This document shows positions 9,909 through 19,038 of a DNA stretch of 39,653 bases, in pieces. Position 1 is the first letter of the stretch. Each line of letters begins with the position of its first letter. The notes under the pieces are model-generated. The model was not told the origin of the DNA. It searched no databases and saw only the letters and a list, made by a program, of their open reading frames with translations. Location: the IMG/VR virus record IMGVR_UViG_3300046495_000010, positions 1 through 39,653 of that record; one strand, written 5' to 3'. Source of the DNA: a virus. Taxonomy: Duplodnaviria > Caudoviricetes. A program made the translations under genes and the position numbers.

Positions 9909-10318
9909 TGGCTAACGGCTACCTGTCTGACGCGTTCGCTGACTCGTTGCTCGCGGCGTGGCTGACCGGCACTGCCCTGCCAGCCAGTTACTTCGTCGGG
10001 CTGACCTTGGCGTTGCCTACCGACAACACGGGCACTGGCATCGAGATCCCTGACGCGGGCGAGTACGCCCGGGTGGAGATCGGCGCCAACGCTGGCTCGT
10101 GGACCTCGATGGGTGCGGGGTCCCGCTCGATAGAGTCAGCGGTCGACCTCGCGTTCCCTACCGCCGTGACGGACTGGGGCCAGATCCTCGGGTACACCCT
10201 GCACGACCCGTCCAGCAACTACGTCGGGTTCGGCATCCTCAACCCGTACACCATCACCGCCGGGATGGTCGCCCGGCTGCTGGCCGGGACCATCGTCATC
10301 ACCCTCCCAGCCCAGTAG
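9908..10318 (+). CDS. Minor tail/fibre-associated protein
   Basis: TGATG coupling; YxxL...P...G.E...YARV...FPTAxxDWG motif of a widespread small phage tail family. Confidence 0.7.
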   Translation: MANGYLSDAFADSLLAAWLTGTALPASYFVGLTLALPTDNTGTGIEIPDAGEYARVEIGANAGSWTSMGAGSRSIESAVDLAFPTAVTDWGQILGYTLHDPSSNYVGFGILNPYTITAGMVARLLAGTIVITLPAQ

Positions 10319-10329
10319 AAGGAGAAGCC

Positions 10330-10728
10330 ATGGCAACACTGATGACCGATACGGAGCGCAACGCGCTGGCCGACTACCAAGCCGGGCGGATCTCCTACCT
10401 GAGCCTGCACACGGCCAGCCCCGGCACCACCGGCGCCTCCGAGACCACCGGGGGCTCGCCCGCGTACGCGCGCAAGGCGATCACGTTCACCTCCGCAGGC
10501 GCCCAAGGAACCCTCGGTGCCGTGAAGCAACCGGCCACGGTCGGGGTGGCGTGGAGCAGTGAGGTGGTGTTCGACGCCCCAGCGGGGACGTACACCCACT
10601 GGGGGACGTGGACCGCGTCGACCTCAGGGACCTACCGGATCGGCAACGCCCTCGATCTTCCTGAGACCTCCTCCGGGCAGACGCAGGTCACTGTGAGCAT
10701 CGGTGTGGGTCAGGTCGCGGGCGCCTAG
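10330..10728 (+). CDS. Minor tail/fibre-associated protein (same family as upstream gene)
   Basis: AAGGAG RBS; SLHTASPGTTGASE.TGGSPAYARKAITF...THWGTWTASTSG motif. Confidence 0.75.
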   Translation: MATLMTDTERNALADYQAGRISYLSLHTASPGTTGASETTGGSPAYARKAITFTSAGAQGTLGAVKQPATVGVAWSSEVVFDAPAGTYTHWGTWTASTSGTYRIGNALDLPETSSGQTQVTVSIGVGQVAGA

Positions 10729-10755
10729 CCATGTTCATCGGCGGGCGGGCGCCCG

Positions 10756-13700
10756 ATGAGTAGCCCCACCGTTCTGGTTGCTGTCGCCACGTCGTCCTAC
10801 CCCTACGACGAAGCCACGATCTACACCTCCGTCGACGGGGCCAACTGGGTGGAGACGGGCGCCGGAGTATTCGCCTACTCCTCCTACTACTCCGGCGGGG
10901 TGGACTGGTCACCGGCCCGTGGCCTGTTCGTCGTGGCCAGCGGCAACGGAGAGGTCACCACCTCCACCAACGGGACAACGTGGTCGCCCATTTCATGGGT
11001 CACTGGCGGTTCCAATGTCCGGGTGGTCATCTGGGCGGCGTCGCTGTCGAAGTTCGTCATCACAGGCTTCGGCGGCACGTTCTGGACATCTCCCGACGCG
11101 AGCACGTGGACCACTGTCGCCCCAGAGGCTTGGCTGAACGGCAGCCAACTCGCGTGGCTACCGGCCTTTGAGTTGTTCATCTGCGCGACGGGCGATTCCA
11201 GCGGGTTCGCCACCTCCGGCGACCTGAGCAACTGGACCTCATACACGGTTGCCACCAACTACTACACGTTCGCGTACGCCGCCTCCGACGACGCCATCGT
11301 GGTCGTTGGAAGCGACCCGGACAACCATGGGGCCGTGTGGAACTCCACCGACGGCACCACGTGGTCCTCGGCGGGCGTCATCACGGAGGCGGGCTGGCTC
11401 TCGGCAGTGACGTGGTCACCAGACCTTGACCTGTTCGTGGCCGTCAGCGCCGCCGGTGACATCCTGTCCAATCCCAGCGGCGACACGGGAGACTGGACGG
11501 TCCGCCACAACACCGGCGGGCTCCTCAGCGCGGTGACGTGGTCGCCGGGCCTCGGGCTTTTCGTGGTCGGCGGCGACGCCGGGGTGACCCTGACCTCCCC
11601 GGACGGGATCGACTGGACCGAGGCCGCTGCTATCGGGACACCCCTGAGTCTCACAGGGGTTGCGTCCGGCCCCGCGGCCACCTTCGGCCCCTCACCGATC
11701 AACGTCCGCTCCTCGTCGCGCTCCCACGGCATCCTGTTCAACAAGGCGCCGATCACCGTTGGCTCCTCGTCACGCTCCCACGGCATCCTGTTCAACAAGG
11801 CGCCGATCACCGTTGGGTCCACCTCGGAGTCCGCCCAGCCCGGGATCTTGACCGCCTACGACGGGGAGCCGCACGACATCCTCGCCCCGGTGGTGCTCAC
11901 GGGCCGGATCAGCGCCGACCTGCCCGCACCCGTGCCACCGGTGGACTCCGACGGGATCGCCGACCCCACCGAGGCACCCGCCGTGGTCTCCTCCGACACC
12001 GACGCGGGGCACCTGCCCGCCGGGACCTACCAGTACGCGTATGCCGGGTGGGTCGGTGACATGGGGCAGGCAACCGGCTCCTCACCGTGGAGTGAGCCCA
12101 TCACCTTGACCACCGAGGACACCATCACCGCCACCTACCCGACCCTGCCCGGCGCCGACGGCTACCTCCTCTACCGCCGGGAGGGCTCTGAGTCTGTCGG
12201 GGCGGTCAGTGTCACGTTCGTGGTCGTCGGGTCGCAGGTCACCTCGGTGGACACCGGGACCCCGGTGGGGACCTACCCGGCGGACGGCTCACAGACTGAT
12301 GGCGACAACGCGCCGTTCCCGGTCGGCACCCCGATCATCAACGACAGGGACGGGCACCCGCAGCCTGCCGGGTCAAACGCCAGCCATGGCCCGACGATCA
12401 CGGTGAACTCCACCGCGACGTGGGCGGTCGCGCCGACGACGCTGCGCCGGGAGTCGCTGATCTTCAACCGGCCCACCGCGTTCGGGCGTTTCCACCAGCC
12501 GGTCGGCTGGCTGCCCGCCGACGTTGTCAGCGCACCATGGGGTCAGGTTCAGGTCATCATCGACGGCAAGGATGTGACGTACTTTCGTGCCCACCCGATG
12601 GAGGTTCGGCAGTGGAGCAGCAACGAGCCCAATGGTGACGCGGCGTGCGAGATCCACTTTCCTCAGATCAGTTGGTTTGAGCGGCCCGGCGAGCATGACC
12701 TCGGATGGCTTGAGGGGGGCAGCGACGTCGACATGGTCCTGCACCGCCCGGGCGGCACCCGCAAGACCCTCTTTGAGGGTCTGGTGGTCGGAGTCGGGCT
12801 TGACGGGCAGGGCGCCGGGGTCAAGGTCGACGTCCTCGGCACCCTGTATCAGGCCGACCACACCCCCTACGTGCAAGAGTTGTATAAGCGAAACCGTGAT
12901 ATTGGCACGGCGATCAAATACATCATGGACGGCACGATCTCGCGGCACTTCCTGCCCTGTAACGCCCCGGTCACCGGGATCAGGACCAACACCCGGGGCA
13001 GCGGCGGCCCCCGGCTGACCCAAGGCGTCCAAGACCTGCTGGCCACCGCGTTCACCAGTGACGCGACCAACCAATGGACCATCACCAATGACCCCGGGCG
13101 CAGACCGGTGGTCCGCCTCAAGGACAAGTCCACCCGGCACTGGTCGATGGCGATGGGCCACCCGGGTCTGACCCTGAGCATCGCCGACGACTTCCAGCAG
13201 TTGGTCGGTGTGGTGTTCGGCTCGGGGGTAGCCCTTGACGGGGGCGCTTGGTACAACGCCAAGTATCCCGGGGTGCGGGTGGACGACGCGCCGTTGTTCC
13301 CGCTGCCGGTCGGGGAGGTGTTCATGGCCGGGGACTCCCACCACGGGTTCGACGCGATGGCCGACCAGTTGCGCTCCTACGGCTACTCGATGCTCAGCGG
13401 TGACACCTACGCCGCCGCCGACGAGGGCCACATCAGGGATGCCCAACGCAGCCACGGCATCACCATCGACGGGATCGTCGGGGCGCAGACATGGACCGCC
13501 CTGTTCGGGGTTGGTGGGTCCACTCCCTCACTGGACGGCGCGCACATCGCCCCGCTGGCGGCGGTGCCGTGGAACGTGGCCCTGCTGGAACGGCTCGACG
13601 GCTCGATCATCGGGCCGAACCCGAAGTACGACAGGTCCAAACTGGCTATCGGGCGGCTGGAAGAATACGGCGAGGGGGTCAGCAAGGCCGAGGGTCTGGT

Positions 13701-14583
13701 CTTCGCCCGGGGCGAGATTCAGGCCGCGCTGCGCCACGACCCGATGTGGGTGGGCTCAGCGACCCTGAGCATGGACCCTGAGAATGGTTCACGCTGGGAG
13801 ATGCGCGCAGGCCAGAACCTCTTTGTGAAGTTCGCCTACCCGGCCCCGGTCCGGCGAGGGGTCGATGACGGGCTGCTGCTGCACATCAGCCAAGCCACGG
13901 TCACTCTCGGCGGCGACGTCGCCCTTGAACTGTCCTACCTTGGCCACGACATGACTACCCTCGCGGCGATCGTCAAGCGGAACAAGGACAATTTGGACCC
14001 GGCGAGGCGCGGCCCCGGGTCCCAGCACCGGACCAGCCGGATCAGCAAGGACGCGGTCATTCCGTGGGACGCCGAGGCTGGCGGCGGTAAGGTCCCGCTG
14101 CATAACCTGCAAGGCAACTTCTGGACGGTGGTCCGTATCCCTGCCGGGCAGATCGGCTCGATCGTGTCCACCCGCTACATCTGCTCGACGGCGGCGTGGT
14201 ACGACACCCTCGAAAAGGCGTTCAAGGTCGAGGCGGGGCTCTCTGGCGCCAAAGAGTTCTGCATCGCGGTGTTCGACATGCCGGTGACTGCGAACTTCCT
14301 GCGAGACACCGTCGGTAACCCGCTGACCAACGCCCGGGTGTGGACCGAGCGGGCGGCGCGGCTGGAAAAGGCGGGGCTGATCCAAGCGTACGGGGCCTCC
14401 GACCAGCCTGCCGGGTACTGGCCCGGCGCGGGCAGTGAGGGCGACCCGCTGACCGGCAAACTGTTCGACGGCTCGGCGTGGGAGTGGCAGTCTGCCCAGC
14501 CGCCGTACCTGTGGGTCGCTGAGTTCTGCACCCAGTCCACCCGGGTCGCCGGGCAGTTCCGCAACGCACCACTGGGAGGTTAG
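10756..14583 (+). CDS. Large tail-tip protein: beta-propeller, linker, baseplate hub-like domain and peptidoglycan-binding domain
   Basis: N-terminal WSPxxxLFVxV / TSxDGxxWT (BNR/Asp-box-like) repeats. IIDGKDVTYFR starts the hub-like region. QRSHGITIDGIVGAQTWTAL is a PG_binding_1-type motif. Confidence 0.8.
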   Translation: MSSPTVLVAVATSSYPYDEATIYTSVDGANWVETGAGVFAYSSYYSGGVDWSPARGLFVVASGNGEVTTSTNGTTWSPISWVTGGSNVRVVIWAASLSKFVITGFGGTFWTSPDASTWTTVAPEAWLNGSQLAWLPAFELFICATGDSSGFATSGDLSNWTSYTVATNYYTFAYAASDDAIVVVGSDPDNHGAVWNSTDGTTWSSAGVITEAGWLSAVTWSPDLDLFVAVSAAGDILSNPSGDTGDWTVRHNTGGLLSAVTWSPGLGLFVVGGDAGVTLTSPDGIDWTEAAAIGTPLSLTGVASGPAATFGPSPINVRSSSRSHGILFNKAPITVGSSSRSHGILFNKAPITVGSTSESAQPGILTAYDGEPHDILAPVVLTGRISADLPAPVPPVDSDGIADPTEAPAVVSSDTDAGHLPAGTYQYAYAGWVGDMGQATGSSPWSEPITLTTEDTITATYPTLPGADGYLLYRREGSESVGAVSVTFVVVGSQVTSVDTGTPVGTYPADGSQTDGDNAPFPVGTPIINDRDGHPQPAGSNASHGPTITVNSTATWAVAPTTLRRESLIFNRPTAFGRFHQPVGWLPADVVSAPWGQVQVIIDGKDVTYFRAHPMEVRQWSSNEPNGDAACEIHFPQISWFERPGEHDLGWLEGGSDVDMVLHRPGGTRKTLFEGLVVGVGLDGQGAGVKVDVLGTLYQADHTPYVQELYKRNRDIGTAIKYIMDGTISRHFLPCNAPVTGIRTNTRGSGGPRLTQGVQDLLATAFTSDATNQWTITNDPGRRPVVRLKDKSTRHWSMAMGHPGLTLSIADDFQQLVGVVFGSGVALDGGAWYNAKYPGVRVDDAPLFPLPVGEVFMAGDSHHGFDAMADQLRSYGYSMLSGDTYAAADEGHIRDAQRSHGITIDGIVGAQTWTALFGVGGSTPSLDGAHIAPLAAVPWNVALLERLDGSIIGPNPKYDRSKLAIGRLEEYGEGVSKAEGLVFARGEIQAALRHDPMWVGSATLSMDPENGSRWEMRAGQNLFVKFAYPAPVRRGVDDGLLLHISQATVTLGGDVALELSYLGHDMTTLAAIVKRNKDNLDPARRGPGSQHRTSRISKDAVIPWDAEAGGGKVPLHNLQGNFWTVVRIPAGQIGSIVSTRYICSTAAWYDTLEKAFKVEAGLSGAKEFCIAVFDMPVTANFLRDTVGNPLTNARVWTERAARLEKAGLIQAYGASDQPAGYWPGAGSEGDPLTGKLFDGSAWEWQSAQPPYLWVAEFCTQSTRVAGQFRNAPLGG
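11695..11820 (+). repeat. 54-bp coding tandem repeat, ~2.3 copies (PITVGSSSRSHGILFNKA)
   Basis: Units start at 11695, 11749 and 11803; CGCTCCCACGGCATCCTGTTCAACAAGGCGCCGATCACCGTTGG is exactly duplicated. Confidence 0.95.
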
Positions 14584-14585
14584 AG

Positions 14586-14825
14586 ATGAGCACAGTGCGC
14601 GGGCACAGCGGCAAGGACGCGGAGGTCCCGGTCCTTGGCGCCCCGGCGACCTTTGGTGAGGGCGGGTCGACGCCGACGGGGATTCCGCCGCTGCGGCAGC
14701 GGGCACGCAACGACGGGCTGACCACCGACACCCGGCAGGAGAAACGGCAACTGGCGGCGTCCCCGATGCTGGTCCCGACCCAGTGGTGGGTCGGTGCCCC
14801 GGGCACCGGCGGCGGTAGCACATGA
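14586..14825 (+). CDS. Hypothetical tail-associated protein
   Basis: GGAGG RBS; coupled to the next gene by ATGA. Confidence 0.6.
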   Translation: MSTVRGHSGKDAEVPVLGAPATFGEGGSTPTGIPPLRQRARNDGLTTDTRQEKRQLAASPMLVPTQWWVGAPGTGGGST

Positions 14826-15418
14826 CGTTCGTGCACCGGTTCTGGACCGGTGCACCGCGCCCGGGGCACCAGTGGACGACTGCGGTGGTGCAGTGGGCGC
14901 ACCCGGACGCCGACGTGGCGGAGTGGACCACTGAGACGCTGCCACCTGATCTGCTGGCGCTGCTGGACCCGGGCGACGACCCACGGCACCTGTCCAATGT
15001 GGCGCGGTACTGGCTGCTGCACGAGTACGGCGGGCTCTGGCTGGACCACGACGTCATCCCTTTGCGGGACCTGACTGGCGGCCAGCAACCGTGGACGGCC
15101 TCGTTGCGCGGGCGCCGGGAGGGCGCCGCGATGTGGTTCCCGGCCCCGGGGCACCTGATGCTGGCCGAACTGGTCGCCGTGGCCGCGCTGGGCGCGTCGC
15201 CGTCGGCGCCCTCGCCGATCCGCTCGGGTGCCCGCGTGCTGCACCGGGTGGGGCTGCGCTACCCCGAGGTCGCCTACGAGCCCCGGGTGCTTCCTCTGGA
15301 CGCGCTGGGGCGCCACACGGGTATCGGTGAGGTGTGGGCGGTGGCCCAGTGGCAGACATCGAGTGCGAACTTGAGCCGCGCGCCGCTGGCCCACCCGGGC
15401 GCACCGCTGGCACCATGA
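14822..15418 (+). CDS. Glycosyltransferase, GT32/Gly_transf_sug (DxD) type
   Basis: VHRFW.G...SNVARYWLLHEYGGLWLDHDV matches the SD..R...L...GG.Y.DxD signature. Confidence 0.85.
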   Translation: MTFVHRFWTGAPRPGHQWTTAVVQWAHPDADVAEWTTETLPPDLLALLDPGDDPRHLSNVARYWLLHEYGGLWLDHDVIPLRDLTGGQQPWTASLRGRREGAAMWFPAPGHLMLAELVAVAALGASPSAPSPIRSGARVLHRVGLRYPEVAYEPRVLPLDALGRHTGIGEVWAVAQWQTSSANLSRAPLAHPGAPLAP

Positions 15419-15421
15419 GTT

Positions 15422-15814
15422 ATGGCCGACAACCGTTGGGACGGTGTTGAACGGAGGGCCGGGACGATTGAAGTTGAGCAGCGGATGGGTCGTATCGAGG
15501 AGGGCTTTACCCGCCTTCAGAGCGAGTTGCGTCAGATCCGGCGCGATCAGAGCCAGATGAAGTCCGCGATGGAGACGTTGATCGCCCAAGGCCACGATCA
15601 GGTGGTGCGGGAGGATGAGCGTGCCCGGCTGCTGGCTGAGGCGGACAAGAAACGCGCTGACGCGTTGGAGGAGACGGCGCGGCTCTTGGAGATCCAGAAG
15701 ACCAAGACCGAGATCCGCTGGACCCCGGTGCAGAAGATCCTCGCGGTCACCGTGGTGGTCATCGGGGGGATGTCGCTGGCCCTTGAGGTCTGGCTGAACG
15801 TGGTGGTCCGATGA
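15422..15814 (+). CDS. Lysis-cassette membrane protein (coiled coil plus C-terminal TM)
   Basis: WDGVERR start, heptad-like region, hydrophobic C-terminus; upstream of the endolysin. Confidence 0.65.
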   Translation: MADNRWDGVERRAGTIEVEQRMGRIEEGFTRLQSELRQIRRDQSQMKSAMETLIAQGHDQVVREDERARLLAEADKKRADALEETARLLEIQKTKTEIRWTPVQKILAVTVVVIGGMSLALEVWLNVVVR

Positions 15815-16134
15815 GCGATCGGGATGGGCTCTCGCGGGTGAGGGACGTGGCCCTCATCATCTGCGTGGTTCTTGTGATCCTGAACTTGGTCACGACCCTG
15901 CGGATCGTCGGGCTGACCAACGACCTGAACGAGGCGCAGGCGCGCGGGCACCAGCACGCGGTCAACGACTGCGAAACCCTGAAGGCGGTGACCCAGTCCC
16001 TCATCGACCTGAACGTCAACCTCATCACGATCGACCAGCGCGGCGACCTGACTGACAAGTCGCTGGCGGCGGCCCGGGTCAAGGCCGTGGCCGACCTGAA
16101 AAAGATCCAGCCCACTACCTGCGGCAACGAGTAA
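15811..16134 (+). CDS. Lysis-cassette membrane protein (N-terminal TM)
   Basis: ATGA overlap; VALIICVVLVILNLV helix; two Cys in the soluble part. Confidence 0.65.
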   Translation: MSDRDGLSRVRDVALIICVVLVILNLVTTLRIVGLTNDLNEAQARGHQHAVNDCETLKAVTQSLIDLNVNLITIDQRGDLTDKSLAAARVKAVADLKKIQPTTCGNE

Positions 16135-16198
16135 GCCCTGCTCCTCGGCGATACGCTGAAGTGGTCAGCGACACCACCTTTGGGGAGAGTGGCACACG

Positions 16199-16330
16199 AT
16201 GAGTGAGCAACCTGACCGGCTGAACATTCTTGGGCAGGTCGACCCTGTCCCCAGACAGAGCGATAACGGCCCCAAGCCCGGCGACGGCCCGGACCCGGAC
16301 CCCGCCGACGTCACGATCGGCGAGGAGTAA
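16199..16330 (+). CDS. 43-aa acidic/Pro-rich peptide
   Basis: GGGGAGAG RBS; MSEQPDRLN...TIGEE; its 3' end provides the endolysin RBS. Confidence 0.5.
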   Translation: MSEQPDRLNILGQVDPVPRQSDNGPKPGDGPDPDPADVTIGEE

Positions 16331-16332
16331 CC

Positions 16333-17043
16333 GTGGCTGTCGTGACGGCCTCCACGGTGCTGAACAAGGCCCTGTCCCATGTGGGGGTGGTGGAGTCCCC
16401 GCCCGGGTCCAACTGCCAGCAGTTCGGGACGGCCTACGGCTGGCCGTGTGTGGCGTGGTGCGACATCTTCGTCTCGCAGGTCGGCTTTGAGGCCAGCGGC
16501 TCGTACGCGCTGCTGGGCAAGTTCGCGTACACCCCCACCCATGCGGGCTGGTGGCAGTCCAAGGGCCGCTGGGGCACGACCCCGAGGGTCGGGGCGGTGG
16601 TGTTCTTTGACTGGGACGACGTCCCGGCATCCAAGGACGACATCGACCATGTGGGGCTGGTCCTCGCCGTGCTGCCGGGCGGGCTGGTCCGTACCGTTGA
16701 GGGCAACAGCGGCACGCCTGCCCATCCTCAGGACGGGGTGTGGGTCCATGACCGCAACCCGGCGTGCATCGCCGGGTACGGCTACCCTGCCTACGGCAGC
16801 GCGCCCAAGCCGCCGGTGGTTCCGCCGTTCCCCGGCTACACCCGCCTCGGGTCGTCCGGCACTGCGGTCCGGGCGGTCCAGCAACGACTGAAGGACCGGG
16901 GCTGGACCATCGCGGTCGACGGGATCTTCGGCCCGGCCACCGACAATGTGGTGCGCCTGTTCCAGCGGGAGAAGGGCCTTGGTGTGGACGGGATCGTTGG
17001 CCCGATCACGTGGACCGCTCTGTGGACCAGCCCGGTGACCTAG
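16333..17043 (+). CDS. Endolysin, CHAP domain plus PG-binding domain
   Basis: AWCDIFVS catalytic Cys, DHVGLV His and TVEGN; C-terminal VDGIFGPAT...FQ...VDGIVGPITWTAL. Confidence 0.93.
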   Translation: MAVVTASTVLNKALSHVGVVESPPGSNCQQFGTAYGWPCVAWCDIFVSQVGFEASGSYALLGKFAYTPTHAGWWQSKGRWGTTPRVGAVVFFDWDDVPASKDDIDHVGLVLAVLPGGLVRTVEGNSGTPAHPQDGVWVHDRNPACIAGYGYPAYGSAPKPPVVPPFPGYTRLGSSGTAVRAVQQRLKDRGWTIAVDGIFGPATDNVVRLFQREKGLGVDGIVGPITWTALWTSPVT

Positions 17044-17083
17044 ACTTGGACCGGACGCCGGGCGATCACCTCCCTCGACGTAC

Positions 17084-17155
17084 GCGTGGCGCCCGCGCAG
17101 GCATCTAACCGCCCCGATTCGCTACCGGGTTGCGGGCCTGAGGCGGGCGCCACGC
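17084..17155 (+). terminator. Long GC-rich stem-loop between the lysis and recombination modules
   Basis: Perfect 13-bp inverted repeat GCGTGGCGCCCGC (17084-17096) / GCGGGCGCCACGC (17143-17155) with inner stems; no U-tract. Confidence 0.55.
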
Positions 17156-17240
17156 CCCTGCTCCCACCGGGCACGAAGTTGTTAACGTGGCATACTTGCC
17201 GGTGGAGACCCGATTAAGCGACCGGGTCCGTGGAGGCGAC

Positions 17241-17441
17241 ATGGCTATCAGGCGCAAGGGGCGACCCCTTGCTGTGACCCCTGCCCCACCGCCGAGGTTC
17301 ACCCCGCAGGAGAAGATCGTCGAACTGGCTGCGATCTCAGCGGAGATCGCGTCGATGGAGGCGCAGGAGGCCCAGCGTGCGGTGGAGAACGCGGACCGGC
17401 TCGCGGCGATCACCGCACGGATCGAGGCTCTTAATGACTGA
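17241..17441 (+). CDS. Hypothetical coiled-coil protein
   Basis: GGAGG RBS before ATG 17241. Confidence 0.65.
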   Translation: MAIRRKGRPLAVTPAPPPRFTPQEKIVELAAISAEIASMEAQEAQRAVENADRLAAITARIEALND

Positions 17442-17444
17442 GCC

Positions 17445-17840
17445 GTGACCGACTTCGCCCATAGCGCGTTCGCTGCTGAGGCCCGGGTCCGTAAGGCGGT
17501 GCGGATCGAGGCGGCGCTGCGGATGGCCGGGCTGGACACTGCCGCCGCCAAGGGGCTGGACGAGGCGGGCCGACGGGCCATGGAGCGGGCCGCCGGGGTG
17601 CGCCGCTCTAGCGATGAGACGTGGGCTGCGGCGTTGCGGCTGATGGACTCCTTCCGCCCGGGCCAGCAGCAGTGGGACGGCTGCCCGGTGGACGGGGAGC
17701 AGCAGGGGGACCCGGGGATCTGCCACAACTGCGGGTCGGTGATCTACCACGCGGCGGTCAAAGGCCCGATGCGGTTCTGCTCCCAGATTTGTGTGGAGGC
17801 CCACCACACGTGGCACCTGCGCGGGGCTCCGCAGGGCTGA
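17445..17840 (+). CDS. Hypothetical protein with C-terminal Zn finger
   Basis: CHNCG...RFCSQIC motif. Confidence 0.65.
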   Translation: MTDFAHSAFAAEARVRKAVRIEAALRMAGLDTAAAKGLDEAGRRAMERAAGVRRSSDETWAAALRLMDSFRPGQQQWDGCPVDGEQQGDPGICHNCGSVIYHAAVKGPMRFCSQICVEAHHTWHLRGAPQG

Positions 17841-17919
17841 GCGTCCGGGCACTGTCGGTGGCCGGTGACACAGTTACACCAGTAGCGAATTGACCCCCCA
17901 CCGAGAGAGTGAAACGCCC

Positions 17920-19038
17920 ATGAGCACCACACCTGAAGACCGGCCCCTTGTTGCGATGAGCGGCGGTGATCTGGCGATCAGCGAGGACCAGCACTCGTGG
18001 TCGTCCGCGCAGATCGCGGCCCTTGCCCAACTGGGCTTGAAGGACGCCGACGACTCTGACCTGCAAGTGTTCTTTCACGTCGTGCAGAAAACGGGTCTTG
18101 ATCCGTTCGCAAGGCAAGTTTATATGATCTACCGCAACGACCCGCAGTCTCCGACGGGGCGCAAGGCCACGATCCAGACGGGCATCGACGGCGGGCGTCT
18201 GGTGGCCCAGCGCGCGGCCCGCCGGGACCGGGTCAGCATCGGGTATGAGGACACCTTGTACCGCAAGCATGACGGGACGTGGACGGACTGCTGGGATGAC
18301 CCGGACCTGAACCCGGTGGCTGTGAAGGTCACGGTCCTGCGCGACGGGCAACGCTATCCCCACATCGCGCACTGGCGCGAGTACGTCCAGACGTACAAGG
18401 GGAACCCGAACAGGATGTGGTCCCAGATGCCCGCCAACCAGTTGGCCAAGTGCTCGGAGATGGGCGCGCTGCGTAAGGCGTTTCCCCAAGACCTGTCCGG
18501 TGTCTACGAGCAGGCCGAGATCCCGACGGGGCCGGGGGCGGGGGTGAGCATCGCTCCCCCGGACATCCCCAACCCGGAGGCCCTGCCGGTCGACGAGGCG
18601 GTCCGGGGGCTGTACGAGCAGGCTCTTGCCCATGCGGGCGACGGCGCCGCGCTGGCGAAGGTGTGGGCTGACGGGCGGGCGGCGAACCTGCTGGATGAGA
18701 GCGTCACCCATCAGGGCACCAAGGGCAAACTGGGCAACCTGATCCTGCACCTGCGGACCGCCCCCAAGGGCGGCGGGGATGTGGTGGACGCCGAGGTCGT
18801 GGACGACCCGAAGCCGCCCAAGCCCAAGGCCAAGGCGGCGGCGCGCAAGCAGCAGCAGGAGCCTGTGGTCGTGGAGTTCGACGAGATGACCCAGCCGGTC
18901 CGGGCGATGAAGGACACCCCGCTGCCTTCGGGGGACACGCTGGCGTGCGGGTGTGACACTGACACGGTGTGGCGCACCGGGGAGCACGGCCCGGACTGCA
19001 CCCTGACCCCCACGCAGGAGGAGCCGCCCCATGAGTGA
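17920..19038 (+). CDS. bet: Phage single-strand annealing protein, Bet/RecT family
   Basis: TGLDPFARQVY, IQTGIDG.RLVA and W..MP..QLAKC.E..ALRKAFPQDLSGVY signatures. Confidence 0.93.
   Translation: MSTTPEDRPLVAMSGGDLAISEDQHSWSSAQIAALAQLGLKDADDSDLQVFFHVVQKTGLDPFARQVYMIYRNDPQSPTGRKATIQTGIDGGRLVAQRAARRDRVSIGYEDTLYRKHDGTWTDCWDDPDLNPVAVKVTVLRDGQRYPHIAHWREYVQTYKGNPNRMWSQMPANQLAKCSEMGALRKAFPQDLSGVYEQAEIPTGPGAGVSIAPPDIPNPEALPVDEAVRGLYEQALAHAGDGAALAKVWADGRAANLLDESVTHQGTKGKLGNLILHLRTAPKGGGDVVDAEVVDDPKPPKPKAKAAARKQQQEPVVVEFDEMTQPVRAMKDTPLPSGDTLACGCDTDTVWRTGEHGPDCTLTPTQEEPPHE

Noticed and set aside
10731-10763. 10-codon ORF overlapping the tail-tip start
   Set aside because: It could be a coupling peptide or a frameshifted N-terminus, but it is too short to support.
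10756-14583. Diversity-generating retroelement acting on tail genes
   Set aside because: No reverse transcriptase and no template/variable repeat pair differing at adenines was seen.
17872-17890. GTTACACCAGTAGCGA upstream of bet as a repeat copy
   Set aside because: It lacks the last T of the -10, the TG extension and the dyad.
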